Source: Xylographa opegraphella | Taxonomy: Eukaryota | Direction: 5' to 3' | Length of the DNA: 64,000 nt | Assembly (NCBI GenBank): GCA_022813865.1 | Contig: JALDZX010000015.1 | Coordinates: forward strand, 62,001 to 126,000 | In this document: positions 26,085 through 39,246 of the stretch, piece after piece | Position numbering within the stretch: the stretch's first letter is position 1 | Layout: each line of letters starts with the position of its first letter | The notes under the pieces: model-generated | What the model was told of the DNA's origin: nothing | Database searches by the model: none | Seen by the model: the letters and a program-made list of their open reading frames with translations, nothing else | Made by a program: the position numbers and the translations under genes

Positions 26085-27761
26085 ATGATCCACTTCATGT
26101 CCACAAGTCCTGGGTCTAGTATATGGTACAAGATTTGGGTGTAATTGGCCGCTGTGGCAGCTACTCGGCCGTGAGATCGAAGAAAACCTGAAATAGTCGC
26201 TGATAGGTGGTCGCTCTGGCAAAACGCCCTATTCGAGTGTTAGCTTGAGGCGATATTCTACCAAGGTGTGGAATGACAGAGGCTGACAGAGAACTCCATA
26301 TCACAGGAACCACGCCCAGACATAATATTGTCAATAAATTGTGGTTTTGAGAACAACTAGCAGAGTACAAGGGATATTGTACATGACTTTGAGGTCGACA
26401 TATAATAGACGCGGAAGGGGATTGCAACAGAACACGCTTAAACGTAGAGTCTAAAGCAAGAGGATTGTACAGGTTGGGCTAATACTTGTTGATGGTGTTC
26501 AGGCCAGGTAACTTTTATACCAGCTGGTTTGCAAAGCGAAATCGGATCCGTCAGTGCTGAAAAGGGCCTCGTGCAGACGAAGCGTGCTTGAAAGTTCCAC
26601 TTGAAAAATGACAGGCCGTCTCAACATTGACCAACTGCAGACAACCATCTTCGTCCCTCACTTCACAAGGCTGAGTCCGCTGCCCCGAGACAACCACTGC
26701 ATGAGGACGGTGCAAGGTAGGCAGATGCATTGAGCGTCACACTACAGAATATGCTCCGCTGACGATATCACAGCCGAATATGTTTTGGCGGATAATCAGG
26801 TACGCTCAAAAAAGGGACGAATAACATCATGAAGAAGATCAGAACGAGCTAGAGCACCAAGTGCCAGGAAACAGCTTGGACGTGCATGGTCAATCCAGAG
26901 CAGGACAGACCGTCAGACCAAGCACACTCCCGTCATATGAAGGACTTGACGTGCACGACGGTAGATACCTAAACTATGATTTCCACTTTGCATAGAGCGG
27001 GAAGTGGGCAATCTGAAGAACCGTGCCCAAGTTGATGATTATGCATATGCAATATTGTTTTCGACTTTGTTGTCGTTGAAAACGAATGAACTTCCCGGGA
27101 ATGCTTCAATTCCAGCGCTGATCAAGTCAACGCTGGACAAAATAGAACGATGAAATGTGACCCAAGCAAAGCAGATTTATCTTCTTTCATGTGGATCGTA
27201 ATGCTAGGGGGATTGAGTGCCTCCAACGGTCTCATTGCTTCCACTTTATGGCATGTAGTCCAGTTGGTGTGATTTAGCGAGAGGCGAGCGGTCTACCTTA
27301 GAATACGCGGCGAATTGATGCGTAAATCTTCCACTCTACACGCCCCACGTGTATGACAGGAGATGATAGTGCTTGATCGTAGGATTGGCCTACTTGTGAT
27401 ATACTGGAAATTTTGTATTTACACAATCTATAAGAGGAGCAAGTGGTTTGCGCTCGCAGGGTCGTAATATAGTACCGGATGAACTTGACGGCTTGAACAC
27501 ACAAGGATATTTCACCGGGTGACCAATTATTGCTTACAGCCATTAAGTATCCTTCCTGTAACAAGCATACAGCCGATTCTATTCCTACTATTCACCTGCA
27601 TGACACAGACCAACCCCAGAACAGATACATCTCATGCCACGATTATGCAGTGTAACAAGCAATCGCTCAGAGCTTTAAGGCAAGATGCAGAGAACACGCA
27701 TAAAGGAAACAGTCGAAGTATTCTGAAGTCATGAAGAGCAGTTACATTCCGAGCCTCTCCC

Positions 27762-29153
27762 TTAGAACGACAATAACAGTTGCAAAAGTCCAGCGAATAT
27801 AGACACCCCACCCACGGCTGACGGCAGACTCAATGGCACAGCCGCGCCAGAGGATGTGCTGGAGGCAGAGGAGCCGGTGGCAGTACCGCTGGCAGCAGAA
27901 CCTGGGTTCCCAGGTTCCGATTCGCTGCCTGCACATGTGATGGAACCTTTGACGACCTGGTTACCGTTGTTGCCCAGCGAAGTGATGTTGCTGCAGTCGA
28001 ACTGCGCAGATGTCTGAACGTTCATCGCGCCTCCAACGTTCATCAACTTCGGTAAAACAACACTAACAATAGTCAATAGACGTTCTTAGATAGGATCTTA
28101 GATATGAACTTACGATGTGAAGTTACCAGTGAAGTCAAGACCTCCTTTGACGTTCGACAAGTTCTCGAATCCATCAATACTCTTCAATAAGGTATTGTTG
28201 GCAATCTGATAGGTTCCGTTGGTGCCATTGATGGTTGTAAGCATAGGCATGGAGATGTTGGTTAGCGCAGTGTTGTCGACGAAAACGATTCCACCAGCGA
28301 AGGTCAAATTGGGAGTAGCTAAGCTTTGGAACAGATTGTCGTAGAATCCAAGGTTCTCACTGACATTGGCGAGGCTGGGCAGCATGACCGATGATGAGTT
28401 ACGGAAGGTCAATTGACCCGCCGTCTGCAAGTTGGGGAAACTGACAGACTGGCCTCCGTTCGAGACATCGTTGGCGCCAATATCGACAGCGCCACTGATG
28501 GCAACCACATCTAGCTCAATTTCAGGAAGATAAGGGTTGTTGCTGATACTGAAGCCAGCCACCTGGGTCAATTTGTTGATGCCACTAAGCGAGTTCAAAA
28601 TGGTATTGGTGATCAAAACGTTGTTGGCCTTGGAGAGTCCTGGGGTACCAAAACCCAATGATGCTAAGGAACCAAGACCAGTGAAGTTGAGATTGCCGGT
28701 CGAAGTCAATGCACCCATTGTGAGAGCGGACAGTGCGGTCAAGTTGCCGAGCATGAAATCACCAACAGATTGGAGCGTACCAGCATCGAACGTGGTGATA
28801 GTGTTGTCATCCATGTAGCTGAGAGATCCAGTAATCTCCGTGACACCGTTGATATTGACAGTTGCTTGGTTACTGGCAGCACCAGTCTGGAAAGCCACGT
28901 TGCCACTGTAGGTCGTGCATGCAGCCAAAGCTGCTGCTCCAGCAGGGTTGACAATGGTAGTTGTGGAGGTAGATTCGATACTACACGAAGCTATATGTCC
29001 CGCAGAGATTAGCAACAGATTTCTTAGCCAGGTCATACGCCACTCAGGTTGTCCCTAACGAAGCAGACCTGTGTGAGGAAGTCGGTGTGGCTTACCAGCT
29101 GCAGCAACGGATACCAAGGCCAAAGCCGGGACGAGGTATGATTGAATCGCCAT
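27762..29153 (-). CDS. ECM33: GPI-anchored cell wall protein Ecm33 (Sps2/receptor L-domain family); introns 28991-29095, 28063-28113
   Basis: Signal peptide MAIQSYLVPALALVSVAAA, L-domain repeats, IANNTLLKSIDGF, GGLDFTGNF and VGGAMNVQTS, then an S/T-rich stalk and a hydrophobic GPI signal. Confidence 0.92.
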
Positions 29154-29743
29154 TGCAATCACTTGGTGATGCTTAAGACTATGGAGAACAGTCAGAAATG
29201 CTGTAAACCTCAGGCGAGTACGTCAACAGATGCTCTCTGCACCACGGTGATACATTCACAGACGAGACGATTTGACGTCTGCGGGAACTGAAGTAGAATC
29301 AGAGCCAGGTTCAGGGCGCGTACCTTGCGATGGAATTATCTAGAAGGTGTTACGATGTAAGAAAGAATGCTCGGCTGGTTGAGGGCTATGCGTGTCAAAA
29401 GTGGTTTCAAATGTGTTTTGGGAGAGCGAGTGTGCAGAACAACAGAAAGGGATAAAATATTAAAATAAAAGCCTTAGTATCGGCTAGCCAACGCGAGAGC
29501 TAAAGAGTCTCGACGGAAGGCGTTGATGAAGATGACAAGAGTGGTCAACGACAGGAACAGTGGATGAAGAAGGCACTGTGGATGATTCTCCGGGAGAGAA
29601 GGCAAGAGAAAAAGTGGTAGGAAGTTGGGAAGGTGGAAGGTGCGCTAGCTTGGTTAGAGGAGAGCAATTGTTGACAGACTGCTGCTCCTTGGCATTGGCA
29701 TCCTCCTCCTTTCGTCAATGGGCCGGAAATAGGAGTCCGCGAC

Positions 29744-29875
29744 AGGGGAGACAGGGGGAACAGGGGACACAGAGGGGTGGGACGGTAGCATTTTAGGGGA
29801 CGCGACGACCACTATTCAGAGACGTATCAAGCGCCATCTCGGCAACAGGGGGGCGGCGACAAGGGGGCGGCGACA
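29744..29875. promoter_or_regulatory. Cluster of AGGGG (STRE-type) motifs plus a duplicated GGGGGCGGCGACA upstream of ECM33
   Basis: AGGGG occurs at 29744, 29753, 29762, 29773, 29795, 29847 and 29862. The 13-mer is repeated at 29849 and 29863. Confidence 0.4.
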
Positions 29876-31191
29876 GGCTTCTGCAACGCCACCTGCCTCG
29901 GTGATTGGTCTGGACCCATTCAGATAACTCCGTCGTCTTTATCCCCCGGAGCACAAAGTCACTTCGTACGACCCGTTCAATTTCACGGCGACGACTTGGT
30001 ATTAGGGCAACCAGAGTGGTGAAATTGTCAATAACGATCGACTACTCTATCGCAACCACAATTTCGTGACCAAGTACTGTGTATTTCGTTCTCAGCCGAT
30101 GGCGAAAGTGTGCAGCCGTTACATGCAATCTATGTGGCTTTCGCGCTCGAGTTCGCCGGTCTCCCATGGTTCATGGCGCTCCGATCGAATCATACCCCTG
30201 TCCAAGTTATCTCGAACGTGTATTTTTAATCGCTGCATGGCGGCATCTCGCCCTTCACCAGTCCAACGCTGCCACCGCTATCGAGCACGCTAGAACCGAT
30301 GACTGCGCGTACACTTTGCTGCTCGCTTTTCTATTGGATTGACGAAAGCTATCTTTCTTCGTTGGACGAGTGGAGTGGGGAACTCGCGGGTCTGTATCGT
30401 TGCCATCGGGATGATCTCAACATTAATGTATGGCCTGCACTCGGCACACCGGCAGTCTCGCTCTCGTATCCAGCATTGACACACCAACAAATTCTCAGAC
30501 CACTTCCAAAATCCACGAGGTCCAAACTTGGAGGGAAGATTGTTCTCACAGATCCGGAACGAAAGATTATTGGAATAATCTTGGCTGAGTCGACTTTTTT
30601 TTCCACGACGATGCACTAACAAGTGCTTGGCAGGCGTGGCAGCCTAGCTCCGTTTCTCCCGCACCTCAGCCCCTTAGTCTCTTGGCGGCATCGATCCTCC
30701 AAGCGCCGGCAAATTCACTCCGCGTCCCGCAAGGTTGGATATTCGAAGCTCACGATAATGATATAATAATGGGGATTTTGGAGGACCTTTGATACTACAT
30801 GTAGAAAGATTGATGGATCCACAGCTCAACGATGACTTGTCAGGTCGTGGCGCTCTGTACCTGGCGGTTACCAATTGTATTAAGATAGGTAGCATGAGGA
30901 CCGCTGAAGTCAAGAGTCATAGTCGAATTATATATTTCGCGACCGTCATTCTGCTCAACCATCCAAGTATGCGTCTGTTGCGGTCCTCATGGCCATATCA
31001 AGTAGTAGTCGAACCTCACGTCGTAGACACATGGACAAAGGCCTTTATCACACCGAATAAAATTACTTACCATGGCCAGCAACAACCCCAAGTCTACAAG
31101 GCCACTTCTACCTATTATCTATAGAAATACAAATATATGATACACCATTGACAGATATTAATTTGTATATCAAGACTTCAACACTCCTCAG

Positions 31192-31197
31192 ACGCGT
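31192..31197. promoter_or_regulatory. Possible MCB element (ACGCGT) upstream of the DNA glycosylase gene
   Basis: Exact MluI box about 100 bp before ATG 31300. It is a single 6-mer, so the evidence is weak. Confidence 0.3.
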
Positions 31198-31299
31198 CCG
31201 TGGCCGGACCACATCGGCCAGACTCCGTTCATAATCCCAAGGGTTCCAACTTTTATGCTTTTAAACAAACTCACCCGAGCGCCTCACCCTACCATCAGA

Positions 31300-32496
31300 A
31301 TGTCCAGCGCACGCGTCACCAGAAGCACCACCACCAGCCAACGGCAGCCTCCCCCGTCAGCGCTCGCCGCCAGCACCCCCAAAGCCACTAAGCGCTCCAA
31401 ACCTCCACCAAAGGACGACGAAGCCGAGCGTCTCCTACACAACCCCTCCAATGCTCCCTCCACCCCTCCTCCGAAGAGGGCCCGCCTCTCCGCCCCCGCG
31501 CTTCCGCCCACAACCCCCACGCCCGCCCTTGTCGGTCTGATGGCGGGCCTCCACTCCACCGGCGACATCGACGACCCACTCCCCACGCACGCGCCAGCCA
31601 CCCGCCCCGCAGAGCCACACCTCACGAACGCGCCGCTCAAAACACCCGGCGGGTCCCGCCTGACCGCCTACCCAGCCGACGGGGCCAATGTCTCCCCGTC
31701 CAAGACCGGAAAGCCGCGCCCCACCACCACGACTGGCCAGCTCCTCGACGAGGCGTGCGCCCACCTGATCGCCGTGGAGCCGCGGCTCAAGCCCGTGATC
31801 GACCAACACCGCTGCCAGATCTTCGCGCCGGAGGGTCTAGCGGAGGAGGTGGACCCGTTCCGCTCCCTGGCCAGCGGCATCATGGCGCAGCAGGTGAGCG
31901 GGGCGGCGGCGTCGTCGATCAAGAAGAAGTTCATCGCCCTGTTCAATGAGGCCCCCGCGGACGGGAAGGAGATGGTCGAGTGGCGGTTCCCCACGCCCGC
32001 GCAAGTGGCCGCGTGCGAGGTGGCGTTCTTACGAACGGCAGGGCTGTCGGGCCGGAAGGCGGAGTACATCAAGGGGCTGGCGGAGAAGTTCGCGAGCGGG
32101 GAGCTGAGCGCGAAGATGCTGGTGGACGCGAGCTACGAGGAGGTGGTGGAGAAGCTGACGGCGGTGCGGGGGCTGGGCAAGTGGAGTGTGGAGATGTTTG
32201 CGTGTTTCGCGCTGAAGCGGATGGACGTCTTCTCGACGGGGGATTTGGGCGTCCAGAGGGGCATGGCGGCGTTGATGGGGAAGGATGTGAAGAAGTTGAA
32301 GGCCAAGGGCGGGGGGAAGTGGAAGTATATGTCCGAGGCCGACATGCTGGCCTATTCGGAAAAGTTTGCACCGTATAGGTATGAATGAAGTCTGTTGCCT
32401 AGTTTCTCGCTTGTGCTGATGATCTATAGGAGCTTGTTCATGTGGTATATGTGGCGCATAGAAGACGTAAATGTAGAAGCTATACAAAATAGCTAA
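31300..32496 (+). CDS. MAG1: DNA-3-methyladenine glycosylase (AlkA/Mag1, HhH-GPD family); intron 32379-32429
   Basis: Contains DPFRSLASGIMAQQVSGAAA, GLSGRKAEYI, the HhH motif LTAVRGLGKWSVEM, DVFSTGDLGVQRG and PYR|SLFMWYMWR. Confidence 0.93.
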
Positions 32497-32747
32497 GGCT
32501 CGCTTCCTATGGAAACGCTCTGCAGAACTCGAAGAAGCGGAAGACGAAGACCAAATCCTAGACTGCTATATCACGACTTCATTCTACGAGGAAGAGTCGT
32601 TGGACGGTTTACGCCCCCACAAAACGGAATGGAGGCCACGAAACACCAGGTCTTTATCATTTACCACCTGCTAGAGTACAGTCTAATTCTGTAATTCTTC
32701 AAAATGCAATGGAAACAACTTTGTACACTCTCACGACCTCGCTAGCT

Positions 32748-33359
32748 TCAATGGTCCAGTTTCTTCTTCTTGAGTGTCATGACGTCCATATCATCACGCT
32801 CCTGCTTCTCTGCCTCGATCTCTTTGATTATCGGACTTAAATATAGGCGATCCTGTAAATATGTTCAGCGACAAGCTTGGGGATCGTGATACGGTGGAAG
32901 CGTACGTCTTCAGGTCTGGTGTGCTCGTTCTTAGGAAGTAGTTGATGCGCGAGGGAGCACTAAACAGATCAGCCTTAACTTTACCATTTCTTAGATGGCA
33001 TTTCTGGCAGGATGTATACCTGGAAAGCACGTCGCAACCGGAATACTCTATCATATGCCTCTTTCGGGGGTAATCGCTTCAACGCCAGTAGAACGGTCTC
33101 CGACTCTTCAGGGATGAGGTCATCGGCTCTGATTTGATATTAGTTCAGCTCACACTACATTTTTCAATCAAAAGATAATAATGGGTAACAGGTGGTGAAG
33201 AATGCATAGCCTTGTTCAGCATGAGCGCAATGGATGTCTTCACCTGAGTCCTAGTTTCCGATAGCCAGCTGCATCTTTGTACCATTCCGATAGCGGTTGC
33301 ATCCAACGTCTAAGCCATGGCCTTTTTATAATGTAGTTTGCAAGTGATGGAGTAGACAT
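32748..33359 (-). CDS. QCR7: Cytochrome b-c1 complex subunit 7; exons 33359-33244, 33128-33020, 32959-32906, 32852-32748
   Basis: Spliced translation: MSTPSLANYIIKRPWLRRWMQPLSEWYKDAAGYRKLGLRADDLIPEESETVLLALKRLPPKEAYDRVFRLRRAFQCSLAHQLLPKNEHTRPEDDRLYLSPIIKEIEAEKQERDDMDVMTLKKKKLDH*. It is absent from the ORF track. Confidence 0.95.
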
Positions 33360-33841
33360 GCTTGCGCAGTGGTACTATAACCTTCGAGCTCGATAAAAAG
33401 CACTCTATCAGTCTTTGTATTTAGGTGAGGTCAATATTGGATTGTAACAAAACACTAGCGCAGCCAAGGTGCTACACAATAAAGACCTGTTGGTATCTTC
33501 TAGTGTAAAGTATTTTATGTCATTTGGCGGTCAGAGCTTCTTGCCCCGAATCCCGCATTATTGTCCCACGCCTGAAGGCAGCCACTCCCAGAACCTTTCG
33601 TGGATAATTTCTCACAGCTCAAAGCGGACAGCTCCATCCTTGTTGTACATCAACATGCTCATCATTACAATCAATCGGTGAGCGGGCTCTCTTTACGACT
33701 AGTCTCTGGGTTGGCGAACCCCGCACGTTGAGGTCCAGAGGGGAGAAAAAAGCCATCTGTTGGTTGAAGAAGTGTCACTTTAGACTCGTCAGTTGACCAT
33801 GACCCGATATTGAGGAGATCATACTCGGTATTGTATCAGGC

Positions 33842-35102
33842 ATGCTCTTTGATCGCAAGGAATCGGACTCAATTGCAATGACCCACGATGCAGCAGCAAT
33901 GGGAAGCAGTACCTCCCAAGACCGTGGTGAAGATCCTAGCACATATCTTACTCGACTTGAATCGATAACAGTAATGATTCCGGGACCCTACGTAGTGCCT
34001 ATTGCGGGTGGGCTGGCTGGAGCAGCTTCCGGAATAGTAAGCTGCCCGCTCGATGTCATCAAAACAAAGCTGCAGGCACAAGGAGGGTTCCGGGGCCAGA
34101 GAGAAGGAATATCTATTGGAGCTGCAGCTTACCGAGGGGTGTATGGGACCGCAAAAATCATATGGTCAGAGGAAGGATTGAGAGGCTTATATCGTGGTCT
34201 GGGGCCAATGCTACTCGGTTATGTGCCTACGTGGGCTGTATATCTCACTGTGTACAACAAGGCGCAAGGCTTTTTCAATACCAAGACAGGTTTGTTGCTC
34301 CAAACTGTGTCACTACCTAGAGATTTATGTTAATACCATGATAGAAAACAAATTCGTCGCTAATGTTTATGCTTCGCTCACCGCTGGGGCCTGCTCAACT
34401 ATGGTCACCAATCCCATTTGGGTAATCAAGACGCGGCTTATGTCACAAACGAGCGTGAAGGCGAACGGACACTACAGACCTCCTTGGCACTATCATAACA
34501 CTCTCGATGCTGCTCGGAAGATGTATCGTGGCGAAGGCATCAAATCCTTCTATTCTGGACTCACTCCTGCAATGCTTGGTCTTACACACGTTGCTATACA
34601 GTTTCCCCTATACGAGATCTTCAAGAGGAAATTCACCGGAATCGGTGTTGGCGATACTGAGACCACAGAAGATCGTGAAGCCCACTTCTATGGACTTTCA
34701 GCGGCTGTATTTTTGAGTAAAGTCATCGCCAGTACAGCTACATATCCCCACGAAGTGGTGAGAACACGTCTTCAGACCCAGCAGCGTTCGGCGGCGGACT
34801 CGTCCCAGAGGAACTATGCGCACGGAAGCCAAATTATGGAAGGTTCCGATCACGGAAGACCGCCTGGGAATGTCTCTACTGAGAATTTGCGAAGTAGTCC
34901 GCGTGCTCGAGGGACTATACAGACCTGCAGAACAATTCTACTTGAGGAGGGCTGGCGAGGCTTTTATGCTGGCCTGGGCACGAACCTTATAAGAGCTGTG
35001 CCTTCTGCAATGACTACGATATTGACTTTTGAATACTTGAAGAGAGCCATATACCATAATCAGGAAACGGCGAAAGCGAAATTAGATCTTGGCGCATTGT
35101 GA
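33842..35102 (+). CDS. Mitochondrial carrier, NAD+ transporter Ndt1/Yia6-like; intron 34290-34344
   Basis: Three carrier motifs (CPLDVIKTKLQAQGG, NPIWVIKTRLMSQ, YPHEVVRTRLQTQ), plus GYVPTWAVY and GLTHVAIQFPLYE. The start may be 33842 or 33878. Confidence 0.87.
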
Positions 35103-36330
35103 GAGTTCTTTGTGGGCCTGTGTCCAGAAGAAATAACATCGTCGGATCAGGATTGTTTCAACAGCCTTGCTATTTTCACGTCCCACAATTGTGGCAGACA
35201 GCAGTGGAGCAGCGCGCAAGCGCTTCAGGCGTTACGGACGTACAACAGGGTTCTCGGGGTATCGTTTATTGTAGCAAGGGCGCTTAAGGGGGCACGTATT
35301 GTGGAGAGCGAAACCGGTGATTGACGGGCTTCTGCACCAGCTAGGCTAGACTCTTCGTGAGCGTCTACGATTTGTTCATGAAGCGTTATTGTTGAAAATC
35401 TTCCTTCTGTAAATAGGTTTTATTTCAGAAAATATTCGAAACTACTGACTTTGGGATGTCTTGCCGATTGCATGGAGAGCGGTGATCGAATGCCAGACCG
35501 GCTCGCAGAAGTAAAGCAGACATAACCAAAAGGGTTTGAAACCTTATGCAACTCTTACCGACATTGGCCTCAACGAAAGAGCGATGAGCTCACGGTTTGT
35601 CCATTTCCACGATATCCCTCTGGCTTCTCGGTGATGACCAGATACAATCAGACGATTCTGGGAGCGCAGTTCTTGTATCTTGCCTTTGAATCGCTTGACG
35701 CTATTGCATTAGCATACCTAGCAGCTGTGATATTTATGATCATATCGCGCCACGCACAATGCTTTCGGAGAAACCGCTCCCAGCCTTTGAAGTTTGCACT
35801 CATGTGAGGCCGGAGAAGCAAGTACTGTATCACTTTGAGAGCCGTCTAAGATAAACAACAATTGTAGTCGAAAAGGAACATTTGTCCGAGGGATCCAGGC
35901 GCAGTCGGACTCAGGCAATGGTAGGATGTTCTGAGCTACTCTGAGCTCCCAAAGCATTGTGGCTGTGTTATCGTTGTACGTAGGTGGATTAGCTGAGACT
36001 TGGTTGTGATCCATTATGAGACGCAAGGGTCATCTGTCGAGAAGTTGGACATTTTGTTTTAGTTTATTCGAAGGTAGTGAGTGTTCGAATGTGACTGCGA
36101 GTCATCGCTGCGGTGACGATGGTGATAAAGGCCATGGTTTTTTCACATTGACAATATTCTGAAACATAGTAGATGGGCTTCGTTATACACGAGGAAGTGC
36201 ATCATTGAGGCAGAACCCAAATATGCCAAGCGCCAACCTTCCTCTGGACCTAAATTATCACTCCGCGTTGATGTAGAAGTAAGGTTTCCGACAACATTGG
36301 GTAGATCTCAGGTAGCATGTGTACCGTTTC

Positions 36331-36735
36331 TCAATTTTCTTCTCCTCCCTCCTTTCTCTTTCCTCTTCTAGCTTTAATCTTCTCTTCCTCTGTTTTACCC
36401 TTGTCGACCGTGACGGCCACTTCTTCTCTAGCTTTACCAACAAGCTCTCTCACAGTCCCTTTGTCTCCAGGTGTATCAATCGCACCGTGGCGGCGTAGAG
36501 TCTCGTTCCGCCAGCTGATTTGCCCACCATCGGCTTCACGATGCTGCTGAGCATTGCGCTTTGCAGCCTGGATAGAAGTTTGAGTATAGACGAACAAGAG
36601 ACCAGCCATAGTCAGGGCAGCAACGGGTGCTGCTATTGTCTATACGCATTGTCTCATGTTAGTGGGATCGCCACAGCGAGGTATGGGAGATGTTACGCGT
36701 GAGTTCACATTAAAGTTCCCGAACTTCGCCATCAT
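36331..36735 (-). CDS. Small (~115 aa) single-transmembrane fungal hypothetical protein; intron 36640-36696
   Basis: Reads MMAKFGNFNVNSR|TIAAPVAALTMAGLLFVYTQTSIQAAKRNAQQHREADGGQISWRNETLRRHG... The intron is a clean phase-0 intron with a CTAAC branch point. Confidence 0.7.
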
Positions 36736-37066
36736 GTAATACTTGACATGGAGCAAGCTACTAGTAGCCACATTACCATTGCTCGATTGTGGTATTCTTC
36801 GCGAACGCCATCACTTGTGAGAGACCTTATTCAATACCCTGGCTTTGGGTCGGTGCTACTGGGGTGGGAGGGTGGTTCCGGGAGCTAGCAGGCGCACGGG
36901 CTGTCCCCCGGTCCCTTTTGCATTAGTTAGCGTCGATGAACGATTTCATGATGCATGGAATATTGAAGTCCCAACCAAATTTATGTCCCTTTGACCGTTG
37001 TGCTCGCAACGATGAGGTCCTGGATCTGCGCACTTGAGTCGGTGGGATTATGATCGTTCGCGAAGG

Positions 37067-38890
37067 ATGAAAGGTTTCCGAGCATCAACGCTCTTATCAC
37101 AAAGCTCATCATGGACTTGTCGCAACTGCCTTCACAAACAAAAGAGCAATTCTACAAAACAAGCAAATTATGCTTCAAAGGCCAAAAGATTCGCTGGAAA
37201 TGCAAGTAGGAGAAAAGCCACCACGCTTGTTGCTGCGAGTGGAACAGCAGGTGGGGCGGCAGCTTTCTTCACCGACGATGTCAAGTATGGATATGGCGCC
37301 GTAGAGAGGTCTGGTAGGGTCCTCACAGCACTGGGAATTTCTGTCAACGAGTAGGTCGGTATACGAACCTTTTCCGGAACATTGCTGACACCCTACTAAG
37401 TTACCGAATCGCGCTAAAGGAATCCGGAACAGAGGATGAGCAGGCCGCTGCTTTGAAGGCGTGCCATAAGCGCTGCGCAGAACGTGTATTGCGAGTATGC
37501 GAACAAAATGGCTCAATATTCATCAAGCTTGGTCAGCATTTGAGCAGCATGAACTACTTGTTGCCTCTTGAGTGGACGGAGACTTTCATACCGTTACAAG
37601 ACCATTGCCCAGTATCCTCGTACGAATCAGTGCAAGAAATGTTTATAAAGGACACCGGTTATCCCATAACGAATCTCTTCGATCAATTCGACGAGCAACC
37701 AATTGGGTCCGCATCCTTGGCCCAGGTCCACATAGCTACCATGAAGGACACAGGTCAGAAGGTCGCCGTCAAAGTACAACACCCGGCGCTAGAGCAATGG
37801 GTGCCATTAGATATGGCGTTGACCCGCTTCAGCTTCGCTACACTTAAATATGTGTTCCCTGACTATGACCTAACGTGGCTGTCTGACGAGATGGAATTTT
37901 CTCTTCCGCAAGAACTGGATTTTGCTTTGGAAGGTCAAAACGCTGTTCGTGCCAAGGAGTATTTCAAGAACTACAAGGAAGCTCCTCTAGTGATACCGAA
38001 TGTCATGTGGGGTATGAAGCGCATTTTGGTAATGGAATATTTGGCGGGTCATCGACTGGACGATCTGCAATTCATTGATTCGAATGAGATCGATCGAGAC
38101 GAAGTTTCTGCAGCATTGGCACGGATATTCAATGAGATGATCTTTGGTAATGGTGCTCCTCTCCATTGTGATCCGCACGGCGGAAATCTTGCGATTCGCA
38201 AGAACAGCAAGAGTCGGCGCTTCAACTTCGATATAATTCTTTATGATCACGGTCTGTACAGGGAAATACCAAAACAGATACAGCGAGATTATGCAAAATT
38301 ATGGCTTGCAGTTATCGATGCCGATGAGAAGAATATGCGGAAATATTCAAGAGAAGTAGCAGGTATAACGGATGAGCAATTTCCCCTTTTTGCGAGTGCT
38401 ATTACTGGGCGAGACTACCGCGTTGTAACAAAGTCGGTCGTTTCCATTCGATCAGACCATGAAAAGGATGAGATATCTGATGCATTCGGTGGCGACCTAC
38501 TGCAGCAGCTCGTGAAGCTTCTTGGCTCTGTTCCCAGGATCATCTTGCTTATCCTAAAAACCAACGATCTAAGTGAGTCTCGTCATCATAGTTATTCTAC
38601 GGCTTCGCTGACGATGAACAGCACGAAGTCTTGACGAGAACTTGCATACCCGTCAAGGTCCAATGAGAACATTCATGATCCTAGCTCGCTACTGTAGCCG
38701 GACAGTCTTCGAAGAGCAGATGGAGATCATCGGTCGACATGGTAGTGTGCTGTGGCCAAGGAATCTACTTCGCTTGGTAGGAGCATGGGGCTCATACATG
38801 CGAGTTGAGCTCAAACTGTCCATGTACGAGTCTTATTTGTCGTTAAGAAGAGTATTGGGGTTCTCCCCAGTCGCGGTTGCTACATTATAA
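37067..38890 (+). CDS. ABC1/UbiB-family atypical kinase (Mcp2/ADCK1-like), probably mitochondrial; introns 37351-37400, 38573-38621
   Basis: Contains NGSIFIKLGQ (KxGQ motif), PIGSASLAQVH, VAVKVQHP, LHCDPHGGN and DHGL, after a basic presequence-like N-terminus. Confidence 0.9.
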
Positions 38891-39246
38891 GCACTAGCAT
38901 GGCTATTGGGTCCGAAAAGGTGTAATTTATTAATGGATTCAGTCATAGAGCTATCGTCCCTACTATAGTTTTATGGTATCAGGACAGGAGCATGGAGATG
39001 AATATAGAATAATTATTAAAACTTTTTACTCGGAACTCAAGCGTTTTACAATTTTCCAATTTTCACAATAGATTCCACGAGAGTGCTTGAAGTTCTGCTA
39101 AGCTTTTGTCAACGGTGGGAATTAACTTCGTCGTGGTACACATTGGGAGGCGTCTGCCCCGTAACAAGTTTTGGTGGGGTTTGCGATTTGCTCACTCTGC
39201 ACCATCATGTAGCCCAGTCGCGCTTCTGACTGTCTGACAGCACCGT

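Noticed and set aside
26600..27000. Possible small spliced plus-strand gene
   Set aside because: I could not build a consistent frame with any recognisable similarity.
30066..31124. Short ORFs vaguely resembling a decayed HET-type gene
   Set aside because: No diagnostic HET motifs; the resemblance is impressionistic.
32794..33054. 86-aa ORF from the track
   Set aside because: It is an out-of-frame read across the QCR7 exons and introns.
35648..36026. Minus-strand ORFs of 61 and 102 aa
   Set aside because: No motif or splice support.
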